Origin: Rickettsiales bacterium
Lineage (GTDB): Bacteria; Pseudomonadota; Alphaproteobacteria; Rickettsiales; JBIKYU01
DNA: 64,000 nt
Direction of reading: 5' to 3'
Assembly: GCA_044355085.1 (NCBI GenBank)
Contig: JBIKYU010000002.1
Span: 634-64,633 of the forward strand
Shown here: positions 28,685 to 38,610 of the stretch, one piece after another
Numbering within the stretch: the first letter of the stretch is position 1
Layout of the letters: every line of letters begins with the position of its first letter
Made by a program: the position numbers and the translations under genes
The notes under the pieces: model-generated
The model's input: only the letters and a program-made list of their open reading frames with translations
What the model was told of the DNA's origin: nothing
Databases searched by the model: none

Positions 28685-30088
28685 CTAGTCAAACCGAACA
28701 TAGTTCGTGGAAATATAATAAGCAAGCGCCTGGTAATCGGCTGGTAGCGTTATATAGCGCTCTGGTAGCTCATGCAGATTTCTCAAAAATCCAGGCAATG
28801 CCACATCAGGAATTTTTGCTCCCCGCGCTGCAGCTGGAAATTTCGCTGGATGCGCTGTTGCTAAAATCACCATCGGATTTTGCAAATCACCACCTGTTTT
28901 TCTCGCCGCATAAATTGCGGTTGCTGTGTGCGGATCAATCACCACGCCTGTTTCATCATAAATCTTATTCATCGTTGCGCAGATTGTCTCATCATCAGAT
29001 CGCTCGGCCAAAAACAAAGACGCCACTTGCAAATAAGCAGATTCTGGCAATGACAGCTCTCCAGTTTGTTTAAAATTCTGCATGAGATTTGCCACTTTTT
29101 CGCCGTTTTTTTCTAGCACATCCCAAATCAAGCGCTCAAAATTGCTGGCAACTTGAATATCCATACTTGGCGCTAGCGTTACACGCATATCTGCGCGCGC
29201 ATATTTTTTCGTTTTCAAGAAACGATATAATATATCATTTTCATTGGTGGCAATTATCAGCTGAGCAATTGGCAGGCCCATTTTTTTCGCCATAAATCCT
29301 GCATATGCATCGCCAAAATTTCCTGTGGGAATGGCAAAGGAAACCGCGCGCGCAGGCGCTCCCAGCCGCAGAGCTGCATAAAAATAATAAACTGTCTGCA
29401 CCATTATGCGCGTCCAATTTATCGAATTCACCGCCACTAAATTTGCATTATCAACACCAGCAGGAGGCTCTAGAAACAAGCGCTTGACCAAATCTTGGCA
29501 AGTATCGAAATTTCCTTCCAGCGCAATATTAAAAACATTTTTATCTGCAACGCTGGTCATTTGTCTGCGCTGAACTTCAGAGACCAACCCCTTAGGATGC
29601 AAAATAAACATCTGCACATTTTTGCTATTCTTGCAGCCCATAATCGCGGCAGAGCCTGTATCTCCCGAGGTTGCACCAACAATTATTGCGCGTTTATTTT
29701 CACGCTGCAAAACCAAATCCAGCAAGCGCCCCAAAACCTGCAGGGCGAAATCTTTGAATGCCAAAGTCGGCCCGTGAAATAATTCCAGCGCATATTCATG
29801 TGCCGATAATTGCAGCAGCGGCGCTACGGCTTTGTGATGAAAAGATGCGTAAGCATCGGCGATAATTTTTTGTAAATCTGCGGCTGAGATTTCCCCTTCA
29901 ACAAAAGGAAAAATTATTTTATGTGCCAGCTCTTCATAAGAAAAACTGGCCATTTCAGCTAATTGCGCAGTAGAAAAATGCGGCAATGATTCTGGCACAT
30001 ACAAGCCACCATCTTCTGCCAAACCTGCGGTTAGAACTTCAACAAAACTACGTTTCTTTGCCAATCCGCGCGTGCTGACGTAGAACAT
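28685..30088 (-). CDS. thrC: Threonine synthase
   Basis: MFYVSTRG start and the PLP-lysine region HGPTLAFKDFALQ, 467 aa. Confidence 0.93.
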   Translation of the reverse strand: MFYVSTRGLAKKRSFVEVLTAGLAEDGGLYVPESLPHFSTAQLAEMASFSYEELAHKIIFPFVEGEISAADLQKIIADAYASFHHKAVAPLLQLSAHEYALELFHGPTLAFKDFALQVLGRLLDLVLQRENKRAIIVGATSGDTGSAAIMGCKNSKNVQMFILHPKGLVSEVQRRQMTSVADKNVFNIALEGNFDTCQDLVKRLFLEPPAGVDNANLVAVNSINWTRIMVQTVYYFYAALRLGAPARAVSFAIPTGNFGDAYAGFMAKKMGLPIAQLIIATNENDILYRFLKTKKYARADMRVTLAPSMDIQVASNFERLIWDVLEKNGEKVANLMQNFKQTGELSLPESAYLQVASLFLAERSDDETICATMNKIYDETGVVIDPHTATAIYAARKTGGDLQNPMVILATAHPAKFPAAARGAKIPDVALPGFLRNLHELPERYITLPADYQALAYYISTNYVRFD

Positions 30089-30104
30089 ATCAACGACTCT
30101 TAAA

Positions 30105-31595
30105 CTAAAATTTTTGTAAATATTTCGCGCGCAGATAATTGGTGTAAACCGTTACCGAGAGCGGTTTTCCAGTCGCTTGCTCTATCAAATCCTGCGTGCT
30201 CAAGCTTGATGCTTTATTGTGAACACATCCGCGCAGCCATTGCAAAATTTCGCCGCATTTGCCAACGCGTAAATCACCAACCACTTCAGGCTTTGACGCT
30301 AAAAGCGTATCGGCCAATTGCGCTGCCATCATCGCACCAAGCGCATAGCAAGGAAAATAGCCAAAGCTACCATCAGTCCAATGAATATCCTGCATGCAGC
30401 CATCGCGATCATCAGGCGGAGTAATACCCAAATATTTTTGCATTCCCTGCGCCCAAGCATCAGGCAAATCATCAACTTCCATGTCACCTGACAATAAAAA
30501 CTGCTCCAACCTATAGCGCAATAAAATATGCGCAGGATAAGTTACCTCGTCAGCATCAACGCGAATCAAGCTTGGCTCAACATGCGTCATCGTGGCGTAT
30601 AGAGCCTCTTTTGTCCAACTATCATCGGCAAAGGCCTCCTGCAAAAGCGGCGCTAAATAAACCGCGAAAGCTGGCGAACGCACCATCTGCATTTCCCAAA
30701 ACAGCGATTGGCTTTCATGAACACTCATTCCACGCGCCTCACCAACTGGCTGTACCGACCATTGCGCAGGCAATCCTTGCTCATAAAGCGCATGACCTGT
30801 TTCATGCACAACGCCCATCAATGACATCAGCGGACGCGCCTCATCATAGCGCGTTGTAATCCGCACATCTCCAGGATATCCGCCACAGAAAGGATGCGCG
30901 CTTTTATCCAAACGCCCAGCCTTCATGTCGAAGCCAAGAACTTCCATCAGCTTGCGCGCGACCTTTTCCTGCTGCTCTATTTTTGCGGAATTTTTCAATA
31001 AAACAGCATTACGCGTGCGCTGATTTTCCAAAACCTCAGGAATAAATCCCGGCAAAAATTCTTCCAGCTGCGCAAAAAGCGGATCAATCCACGCGCGTCT
31101 ATTGCCCGCGTCGTAAGTATCTAGAAGCGCATCATACGGAGAAAGCGAAAGTGCCGCCGCTTTTGCCTCAGAGACCTCACGCACTAATTTAAGTACGGGT
31201 TTTAGATAGGTTGCAAAGCGTTTGAAATCATTGGCTGGGCGAGCTTCTCGCCACACCATTTCGCACGCTGAACCAACCTTCACCAGCTCTTTAAGCAAAG
31301 CTGATGGAACTGCTTTTGCATGCACATAGCGCTGCTTCATCTCAAAAACATTAGCCTTTTGCCAAGGCGAGCTTACTTCTTTTTCTGCAGAATCTAACAG
31401 CTCATCAACACCATCATCAGTCAGAAGAATTTGCACTGTATGTGATAATGTTGCTAATTGCTCGGCCCGAGCTTCCGCCCCACCTACTGGCATCATCGCT
31501 GCCATATCCCAATGCAAAACTGCCTTTGCGCGCTCCAAATGTGCAATATGCGCAAATAATTTTTCCGCTGTTTTATAAGCATTACTCATGATCAA
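30105..31595 (-). CDS. M32-family (Taq-type) metallocarboxypeptidase
   Basis: HETGHALYEQG zinc motif and the DIHWTDGSFGYFPCYALG signature. Confidence 0.9.
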   Translation of the reverse strand: MIMSNAYKTAEKLFAHIAHLERAKAVLHWDMAAMMPVGGAEARAEQLATLSHTVQILLTDDGVDELLDSAEKEVSSPWQKANVFEMKQRYVHAKAVPSALLKELVKVGSACEMVWREARPANDFKRFATYLKPVLKLVREVSEAKAAALSLSPYDALLDTYDAGNRRAWIDPLFAQLEEFLPGFIPEVLENQRTRNAVLLKNSAKIEQQEKVARKLMEVLGFDMKAGRLDKSAHPFCGGYPGDVRITTRYDEARPLMSLMGVVHETGHALYEQGLPAQWSVQPVGEARGMSVHESQSLFWEMQMVRSPAFAVYLAPLLQEAFADDSWTKEALYATMTHVEPSLIRVDADEVTYPAHILLRYRLEQFLLSGDMEVDDLPDAWAQGMQKYLGITPPDDRDGCMQDIHWTDGSFGYFPCYALGAMMAAQLADTLLASKPEVVGDLRVGKCGEILQWLRGCVHNKASSLSTQDLIEQATGKPLSVTVYTNYLRAKYLQKF

Positions 31596-32347
31596 ACCTT
31601 TTGTTTTCTAATATAAATTACATACACGATTAGCAAAATCAGTGCCAAACTGTACCAAGTGAGCGCATATTGTTTATGCGGATTATACAAAGAAATTTTC
31701 TCCGCCCCAGGCTCAGGCAATTCATTGCTAATATTTGCAGCATTTTTTTCGGCTACAACCCGCAGATAATAAGGCTCAAGCTTCTCATTTAGCAGCGCCG
31801 AAATTGTATTAATATCAACATAAATTCCAACGCGGTGCCTGGTTTGTAAATCACTGCGGTCAAATTCTTTAGAGAAATTTCCCATGCCAAAACCAAAGCG
31901 CGGCTTTCTCTCTGGCGCATGCACCACAACTTCCAGCTCAACTTCTTTGCTATCAAGCGTTTCAGGTCGCGTTGAAATTTCTGCTTTGCTTTGCGGAATA
32001 AATCCGCGCTGCACCAATATTTTGCGGCCATCATCAAGCACAAAAGGCGTTAAAACATAAAGCCCCGATTCGCCCTTAAAACGGACAGGAGAAGCCAGCA
32101 AATAAAGCGCCTCGTCATGAATAAATTTTCCGCGCACGCGGACGCGCCGATATTGCCAATCAGAGAGTTCAATTTTTTCATTTGGCAAATCAATCACTGG
32201 CTCAGCCAAGCGTTGATCAAGAACAACTTGCAAAGCTGTTTTTTCCTGCAACCTAAAAACCTGCCAGGTGCCAAGCGCAAGCAACAACGAAACGCCAATC
32301 AGCGTTGATAATAATGGTATAAAATAACGAATTTTAGAAGTGTTCAA
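31592..32347 (-). CDS. SURF1-family cytochrome oxidase assembly protein
   Basis: N-terminal TM followed by LGTWQVFRLQEK, plus a C-terminal TM. It lies downstream of cytochrome oxidase subunit III. Confidence 0.85.
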   Translation of the reverse strand: MNTSKIRYFIPLLSTLIGVSLLLALGTWQVFRLQEKTALQVVLDQRLAEPVIDLPNEKIELSDWQYRRVRVRGKFIHDEALYLLASPVRFKGESGLYVLTPFVLDDGRKILVQRGFIPQSKAEISTRPETLDSKEVELEVVVHAPERKPRFGFGMGNFSKEFDRSDLQTRHRVGIYVDINTISALLNEKLEPYYLRVVAEKNAANISNELPEPGAEKISLYNPHKQYALTWYSLALILLIVYVIYIRKQKV

Positions 32348-32353
32348 AAAAAT

Positions 32354-33184
32354 CTAAGCTCCCCACACATACACACAAGCAAACAAAAACAGCCAGACCA
32401 CATCGACAAAATGCCAATACCAAGCGGCGAATTCAAAACCCAGATGATTCTCAGGCGTTAATTGACGGCGTCTTGCCCGCACATAACAAACTGCCAAAAA
32501 CAATGTTCCAATCAACACATGCGCACCGTGAAAGCCAGTCGCCAGAAAGAAATTTGACGGATACACCCCATCCTTAAAACCAAATTCAGCATGATGATAT
32601 TCAAGCATCTGCAGGGCGGTGAAGCTAATTCCTAACAAAACTGAGAACAACAATCCGCGCTCCAGGCTTTTTTGATCGCCATGCAAAAGCCCATAATGCG
32701 CCCAAGTTACAGTTGTTCCAGAAAGCAGAAGCACCAAAGTATTTATCAACGGCAAATCCCAAGCATCAAGGGTTTTGATGTGAGCAGGCGGCCACTCAGA
32801 CCACTTCCAGCTGCTGATATTTTCAAAAATATGCGCGCCTTCGAAATGCAAAACTGAACCCAGCGCCGAGCTAAAAAACGAACCGAAAAACGCAGCAAAA
32901 AACATTACTTCCGACACAATAAACAACGCCATACCTAAGCGCAGCCCGCGCTGCACCGCATTTGTATGCGCCTTATCTTTCATCCCTTCGCGCACAACAT
33001 CGCGCCACCAAACATACATACAGAAAATTATCCCGAATAGCCCCAAGCCAAAAAGAGGCAAACCAAGTGCTTTTTGGTGTAGCCAAAACACTAGGCCCGA
33101 AAAAGTTAAAAGCGCTGAAACCGAAGATAATAGCGGCCATGGGCTTGGATTAACGAGATGATAAGGATGTTGTTGTGCTGACAT
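32354..33184 (-). CDS. ctaE: Cytochrome c oxidase subunit III
   Basis: HPYHLVNPSPWPL start and the conserved WYWHFVDVVWLFLF. I placed the start at Met19 (33184), because the longer ORF would run into an upstream terminator hairpin. Confidence 0.9.
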   Translation of the reverse strand: MSAQQHPYHLVNPSPWPLLSSVSALLTFSGLVFWLHQKALGLPLFGLGLFGIIFCMYVWWRDVVREGMKDKAHTNAVQRGLRLGMALFIVSEVMFFAAFFGSFFSSALGSVLHFEGAHIFENISSWKWSEWPPAHIKTLDAWDLPLINTLVLLLSGTTVTWAHYGLLHGDQKSLERGLLFSVLLGISFTALQMLEYHHAEFGFKDGVYPSNFFLATGFHGAHVLIGTLFLAVCYVRARRRQLTPENHLGFEFAAWYWHFVDVVWLFLFACVYVWGA

Positions 33185-33224
33185 AAAAAACCCCGAACAC
33201 AGGAATATCGCAAAATATGAAAAG

Positions 33225-33259
33225 CAGGCAAAAAACAAAAGCCCGCAAAAGCGGGCTTT
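33225..33259 (-). terminator. Rho-independent terminator after the orphan gene at 33332-34123
   Basis: The minus strand reads AAAGCCCGC-UUUU-GCGGGCUUU followed by UGUUUUUUG. Confidence 0.7.
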
Positions 33260-33331
33260 CTCTTACACAACTCGATTTTGAAAATCCAGACAAGAGTTTG
33301 GTTTGATCACTAGTTGCGAATAATTTTCTGT

Positions 33332-34123
33332 TTACGCAAAGCGGCTTTGGCTTCCTTGCGACGCTAATCCTTCTAAATGTGTCTTGGTTCTTGTACTAAA
33401 TGCTGCTGATGCAACAGGCGCCGCCGGCTCTTCTTGGACGACTCCTAATTTTTCCAACGCATTGATAATTGCATCTGCGTATGAGTAAGCGTTTCCTGGC
33501 TCCATTACAAATCCAGCCTCCTCCACAGCGAACTTTCTGAGATCCTTTATCGCAGCCATTTCTTTTTGAGCATATGCACAAGCACTATCGCGCGGCGCGT
33601 TTATTGCATCTTTATATGCCGCTATTGAACCAGCAACAGCCACATGTTGCAGATTATCCCTCAATTTTATTTCTGGCCCTTTATATTTATATTCATCTTC
33701 AGCCACTTCTTGAGACTTTAAATTAGGGAACACAGCTTCTGGAATAGTTTTCTCTTCGCCATCGCTACCATAGCCGACTGATTTCTCAAACCGCGCTCCA
33801 AAGTCTTTTATAAGAGCCGAAGCCAAGCTTTTGCGCGGCTCACCAAGCGCATCTTCTAATACTCCAGAGATTGAAGCCCTTGCAACAGACATCCTTCTAA
33901 GAACGCCATCTACAGAATTAAACTCTCCCTTTTCCATCAAAACCAAGTAAAGCGGAGTTTTGCTAGAACCGCTTTTTCCCGATAAAGGCACATGAATATT
34001 TGCCTTCAACAAATTTGCATTGCCTTGGTCGCGCCTCCATGCTTCAAAAGCTCCGATATTCCCAGCGCGCAAGATTTGATCCAGCTCTGGATTGTGCCAA
34101 GTTTTCATTCCTTCTTTTGCCAT
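33332..34123 (-). CDS. Hypothetical protein (263 aa), no recognisable family
   Basis: I chose the start at MAKEGMKTW because GGAGAAGGAAG lies immediately upstream. The ORF is intact and the protein is soluble and charged. It is followed by its own terminator. Confidence 0.6.
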   Translation of the reverse strand: MAKEGMKTWHNPELDQILRAGNIGAFEAWRRDQGNANLLKANIHVPLSGKSGSSKTPLYLVLMEKGEFNSVDGVLRRMSVARASISGVLEDALGEPRKSLASALIKDFGARFEKSVGYGSDGEEKTIPEAVFPNLKSQEVAEDEYKYKGPEIKLRDNLQHVAVAGSIAAYKDAINAPRDSACAYAQKEMAAIKDLRKFAVEEAGFVMEPGNAYSYADAIINALEKLGVVQEEPAAPVASAAFSTRTKTHLEGLASQGSQSRFA

Positions 34124-34345
34124 CTTCCTTCTCCATTTTTCTACGAACGCGCACAGGCAATGTTCTGCGCCAGAAATAGCGCAAAAATTACCAGCAACGA
34201 TTTTTTTAAAACAATAGAAACCTTGCAAAGCCAGCTATCCAGGCCAGCAAGCTCATCTACTTCCATCCTTATTGCGGGCCAAGCTACGCCAGAAAAATTA
34301 CACCAATATTACAAAATAGATTTTGTCAGAAAATTTTTAGAAAAA

Positions 34346-35557
34346 TTATTTGCCTGAATCAGCGCCTAACTTTTCAAGCAATTGCTTGCCTGTGAATGTG
34401 AAATCTGAATCCACCCAATGCTTGCGCGCACGCACAAGCATTGCACCAATTTCTGGCGATGGCTTTAACCCTAAGCCAAGCAAATCTCTGCCTTTCAGCG
34501 GAAATTCTGGAATTTTCCAAGCATGCATTTCTGTAATTTGCTGGATAGATTTTTCGGCAGAAAAATTCTCTGCCAAAGTAAGAACGCCAAGAGCAGCCAA
34601 AACCGCCAGCCTCAAGCCATTATCAACCGCAAAAATCCGCCAGGTTCGAAAATCATGAAGATCAAGCGCAAATGCAGGGATAAGCTGCTGCAGAATTTTT
34701 GCCTCAGCTAACGGATAGCGCAATCTTTTGCAGAAAAATTCCTGCTGCTCACCCGCGCTAAACACCAATAAAACTGCCGCTCTCAGCTGATGATCTGCTG
34801 CTTCAGGAATGCAATCAGCTAAATTCTCCAACCGCTTAAGTGCCCGCAATTCTTGCGCAGAAAATTGCGGCAGAAATGGCAAAATAATTTTGTAATCTTG
34901 CACTAGAGCCAAAGATCTACTTGCATGTTTTTCCTGCAAAAGCGCTCGCATTTCCTTGTAAATACGCTCTCCCGAAAGCTGATCTATACCCGCCACAGCC
35001 TGCGCGCAAGCCTGCATAGAAGCGGAATCAATCGGCCCAGAAAACCTGGCTAAAAAACGAAAATAACGCAACACACGCAAATAATCTTCTCGCACGCGCA
35101 GAGCTGGATCGCCAACAAAACGAACGATTTTTTTCTCTAAATCAGCAATACCATCGAAGTAATCGAAAACCTCGCCGCCCGCATTCATCGACAAAGCATT
35201 GCAGGTAAAATCGCGGCGCTCTGCGTCTTCTTCCCAGGAATCAGAAAATTCAACTTTCGCATGCCTGCCATCGCAAGAAACATCACGGCGCAATGTTGTG
35301 ATTTCAACCGATCTATTCGGCAAAAGCGCAGTAACTGTGCCATGCAGAACGCCTGTTTCTAGCGCAGTAATGCCAGAATTCTTAAGCAGCCTTATAATTT
35401 CTTGAGGAGGAAAAACAGTTGCTAAATCGATGTCTCTTGCTGAAATTCCCAAAAACGCATCGCGCACACAACCACCGACAAAGCGCGCACAGCCTTCTAA
35501 AACCACGATTAAATTTTGTAGCTCAGAATCAGAAAGCCAAGCTGGCGAAAGCCGCAT
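34346..35557 (-). CDS. cca: CCA-adding tRNA nucleotidyltransferase / poly(A) polymerase family protein
   Basis: GGCVRDAFLG...DIDLAT nucleotidyltransferase motif. The start at 35557 gives a TAATG overlap with the metF stop; the ORF track start at 35587 is an alternative. Confidence 0.85.
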   Translation of the reverse strand: MRLSPAWLSDSELQNLIVVLEGCARFVGGCVRDAFLGISARDIDLATVFPPQEIIRLLKNSGITALETGVLHGTVTALLPNRSVEITTLRRDVSCDGRHAKVEFSDSWEEDAERRDFTCNALSMNAGGEVFDYFDGIADLEKKIVRFVGDPALRVREDYLRVLRYFRFLARFSGPIDSASMQACAQAVAGIDQLSGERIYKEMRALLQEKHASRSLALVQDYKIILPFLPQFSAQELRALKRLENLADCIPEAADHQLRAAVLLVFSAGEQQEFFCKRLRYPLAEAKILQQLIPAFALDLHDFRTWRIFAVDNGLRLAVLAALGVLTLAENFSAEKSIQQITEMHAWKIPEFPLKGRDLLGLGLKPSPEIGAMLVRARKHWVDSDFTFTGKQLLEKLGADSGK

Positions 35558-36429
35558 TACTTTCCTCGCACACCAAGCAGCTGACAAACCGCCATCACAA
35601 TTTCAGCGCGGTTTAATGTATAAAAATGCAGCGCCTCAACGCCTTCTTGCAACAAACGCCTGCATTGCTCCGCCGCCAAATAAGTTGAAACTAATTGCGA
35701 AATATTGCCCTGCTCTTCAATGCCTGTGAATGGCTTTTTCAGCCATTCTGGAAACGATGCTCCGCAGCGCGCACTGAATCTTTCCGCCTGCTTGATATTA
35801 TAAATTGGCAAAATTCCAGGCACAATCGGCATGCTGACTCCTGCCTTTCTTGCTGAATCAATAAAACGCAACATCTGCTCAGTATCAAAGCAATATTGAG
35901 TAATCGCACGCGCAGCCCCCGCATCTTGTTTGCGCTTCAAATGATCGAGATCAAACTGCAGCGAACTCGCATCAGGATGAGCCTCCGGATAGGCCGCGAC
36001 GCTAATATCAAACGGCGCAATCGCAAGCAATCCGCGCACAAGCGCGTCTGCATAATCATAACCATCAGCGCGCGGAGAGTATTTTCCTCCCCCCACAGCA
36101 TCACCGCGCAGAGCAACAATTCGCGTTATACCGCGCTCCCAATAATCGCGCGCAATCGCATCGATTTCATCTCGGCTCGAATCAACACAAGTTAAATGCG
36201 AAGCTGCGGGCACAAAAAGATGCGACTGAATTTTCTGCACCAATTTCATCGTGCCCGTTTTTGTCGAACCACCCGCGCCGTAAGTAACAGTCATACAAAC
36301 TGGCTCATAGGCTGATAATGCCTCGATTACAGACCATTGAGCTTCTTCCTGCTCCGCTGTTTTTGTCGGAAAAAATTCCATGCTAATTGCCACATCAGCA
36401 CCAGGGAAATTTTGATATTCTTTTAGCAT
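35557..36429 (-). CDS. metF: Methylenetetrahydrofolate reductase
   Basis: ISMEFFPTKT near the N-terminus and the MetF TIM-barrel pattern. The start is at 36429 or 36444; the longer track ORF is unlikely. Confidence 0.87.
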   Translation of the reverse strand: MLKEYQNFPGADVAISMEFFPTKTAEQEEAQWSVIEALSAYEPVCMTVTYGAGGSTKTGTMKLVQKIQSHLFVPAASHLTCVDSSRDEIDAIARDYWERGITRIVALRGDAVGGGKYSPRADGYDYADALVRGLLAIAPFDISVAAYPEAHPDASSLQFDLDHLKRKQDAGAARAITQYCFDTEQMLRFIDSARKAGVSMPIVPGILPIYNIKQAERFSARCGASFPEWLKKPFTGIEEQGNISQLVSTYLAAEQCRRLLQEGVEALHFYTLNRAEIVMAVCQLLGVRGK

Positions 36430-36505
36430 TTCCAACCATCTCATAAGATTACAAAAGATTTTTAATCTCGCATTCTGCGAAAAAATCACAGAGAGAGCGA
36501 AAAAA

Positions 36506-36961
36506 TCACTGTTCTTTTTTTATCCAAGCACCTTTCGCATCCTGTTGCCAATAAGAAAGATTGTGCTTCTCCTCGCGCCAGATTTTCCAGCGGCGCCTGG
36601 CTTCTTCTGTCTCCAGCGTGTTCGCGCCGTCAAACAAATATAAACAACGCTGAAATTTATCTACATCACTGCGCCACGACATCCCCACCAAAGCAAGTAT
36701 TTGCGCGCCGTTGGGCGGAGATTTTTCATCTGCAGCTAAATAAATTGGCTGCTCATCAACGAAGCCGTCTTTTTCTGTTCCGTGCGGAAGAAAAAACTTC
36801 GTGGTGTAGGTCCATAAATTATCATTGAGCACATCAACTTGCGCATTATCCGTGCATTGCACCAGCGCGCGCGCGCCGCTCGCTAAAACTTTTTCAAGCA
36901 ATTTCGGCAAAGCCTTAGAAAGCGGCGAAACAGTCAAATGATAGAAAGCAATATCCACCAA
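36506..36961 (-). CDS. holC: DNA polymerase III subunit chi
   Basis: An FYHL N-terminus, about 150 aa, immediately downstream of pepA as in many proteobacteria. Confidence 0.78.
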   Translation of the reverse strand: MVDIAFYHLTVSPLSKALPKLLEKVLASGARALVQCTDNAQVDVLNDNLWTYTTKFFLPHGTEKDGFVDEQPIYLAADEKSPPNGAQILALVGMSWRSDVDKFQRCLYLFDGANTLETEEARRRWKIWREEKHNLSYWQQDAKGAWIKKEQ

Positions 36962-36976
36962 TTTTTCTCTTAAAAA

Positions 36977-38500
36977 TTATGCTTTTGTTTTCTCGTGCGT
37001 TTCGGCAACGAATTTATGCAGCAACTGCACACCAAAACCAACCGCACCTTTCGGACAAATATCACGATCTTTTTTTGTCCACGCACTGCCTGCAATATCA
37101 AGATGCGCCCAAGCAACATCTTTCTGAATGAAACGCTGCAAAAACTGCGCTGCTGTTATGCTTCCCGCTCCGCGACCTTGACTGATATTTGCCATATCTG
37201 CAATTTGTGATTCCAGCATTTTGTCATATTCCTCACCCATCGGAAAACGCCACAAACGCTCGCCAACCGCGCCACCCGCCGCCGTTAATTGCGCCGATAA
37301 TTTATCATCATTCGAGAATAATCCAGAATATTCTCCGCCCAAAGAAATAACTATCGCGCCAGTTAATGTCGCTAAATCGACAATTTGCTCAGGCTTATAA
37401 ACCTGCTGCACATACCACAACACATCGGCAAGAACCAAACGTCCTTCCGCATCGGTATTTAAAACCTCAACTGTTTGACCAGACATTGTTGTGACCACAT
37501 CGCTTGGACGCTGCGCGTTTCCGTCTGGCATATTTTCCACCAAACCAATTGCACCGACAACATTCACTTTCGCTTTGCGCTTCGCCAATGCGAGCAACGT
37601 ACCAACAACCGCAGCAGATCCGCCCATATCGTATTTCATATCTTCCATGCCAGAAGCAGGTTTGATACTAATTCCGCCCGTGTCGAAAGTTACGCCCTTA
37701 CCAACCAACGCCAGCTTCATGCCTTTTTGCGTAGGTTTTCCACGCCATTCAAGCACTACAACGCGCGCATCGCGCACACTGCCCTGCGCCACACCAAGCA
37801 ACGCGCCCATGCCTAATTTTTCAAGCTGTTTGCGGTCGAGAACTGTAACCTTCAAACCGAATTTAGCCAAAGCTTTGCAGCGCTCAGCGTAAGAATCTGG
37901 ATATAAAATATTTGGTGGCTCGCTCACCAAATCGCGCGCCAAGAAAACGCCATCCGCCAAAGCCTCAACCACCTGATAAGCCGCAGTTGCATCTTGCTTT
38001 TTCGCGCCAACCCATTGCACGCTCTTAAGCGTTGGCTTTGGTGAAGATTCCACATCTTTAGTTTTATAGTGATCGAATCTATATGAGCGCAAACGCAGGC
38101 CATAAGCCATATTAGCCGCACAAACTGCTAATGATAATTTGGCTTTTATTGCCGATAAATCAACCGCCGCCTCTTTTACTTTTAAAGCAGAAAGCGCTGC
38201 AAAAAGTGCGCCGCCCATTGCCGCAGCTAAAGCTTCATCCAGCGCAGATAATTTTCCAAAACCGTACAATATAACATGATCAAAACTGCTCCCAGCTGGC
38301 ACAGACAAGGTCAAAATTTCTTTTTTCTTGCCCTGGAACAAACCTTGCACAAAAACTCTGGAAAGCGCTCCCTGCAATGTTTTATCAAGGGCAGAAAAAT
38401 CTTTTGGCAAGGTTTTTCCCTCTGCCAAACATAGTATCAACGCGCCTTTTTGCTGCGTTAATTTCTCAGAAAAATTTTGCGTCAGAGAATCCTTAGACAT
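36977..38500 (-). CDS. pepA: Leucyl aminopeptidase (M17)
   Basis: VGKGVTFDTGGISIKP and NTDAEGRLVLAD signatures. Confidence 0.93.
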   Translation of the reverse strand: MSKDSLTQNFSEKLTQQKGALILCLAEGKTLPKDFSALDKTLQGALSRVFVQGLFQGKKKEILTLSVPAGSSFDHVILYGFGKLSALDEALAAAMGGALFAALSALKVKEAAVDLSAIKAKLSLAVCAANMAYGLRLRSYRFDHYKTKDVESSPKPTLKSVQWVGAKKQDATAAYQVVEALADGVFLARDLVSEPPNILYPDSYAERCKALAKFGLKVTVLDRKQLEKLGMGALLGVAQGSVRDARVVVLEWRGKPTQKGMKLALVGKGVTFDTGGISIKPASGMEDMKYDMGGSAAVVGTLLALAKRKAKVNVVGAIGLVENMPDGNAQRPSDVVTTMSGQTVEVLNTDAEGRLVLADVLWYVQQVYKPEQIVDLATLTGAIVISLGGEYSGLFSNDDKLSAQLTAAGGAVGERLWRFPMGEEYDKMLESQIADMANISQGRGAGSITAAQFLQRFIQKDVAWAHLDIAGSAWTKKDRDICPKGAVGFGVQLLHKFVAETHEKTKA

Positions 38501-38610
38501 GCCTACTACTCCAGAGTTTTTTAGAAAGGGAGCGCGCCTTATAGCATCTGATTTTCTTCCGCGCGAACATAAAAATTTCAGAATCTAGATTTGCAAAGGA
38601 GCAAACGGCT

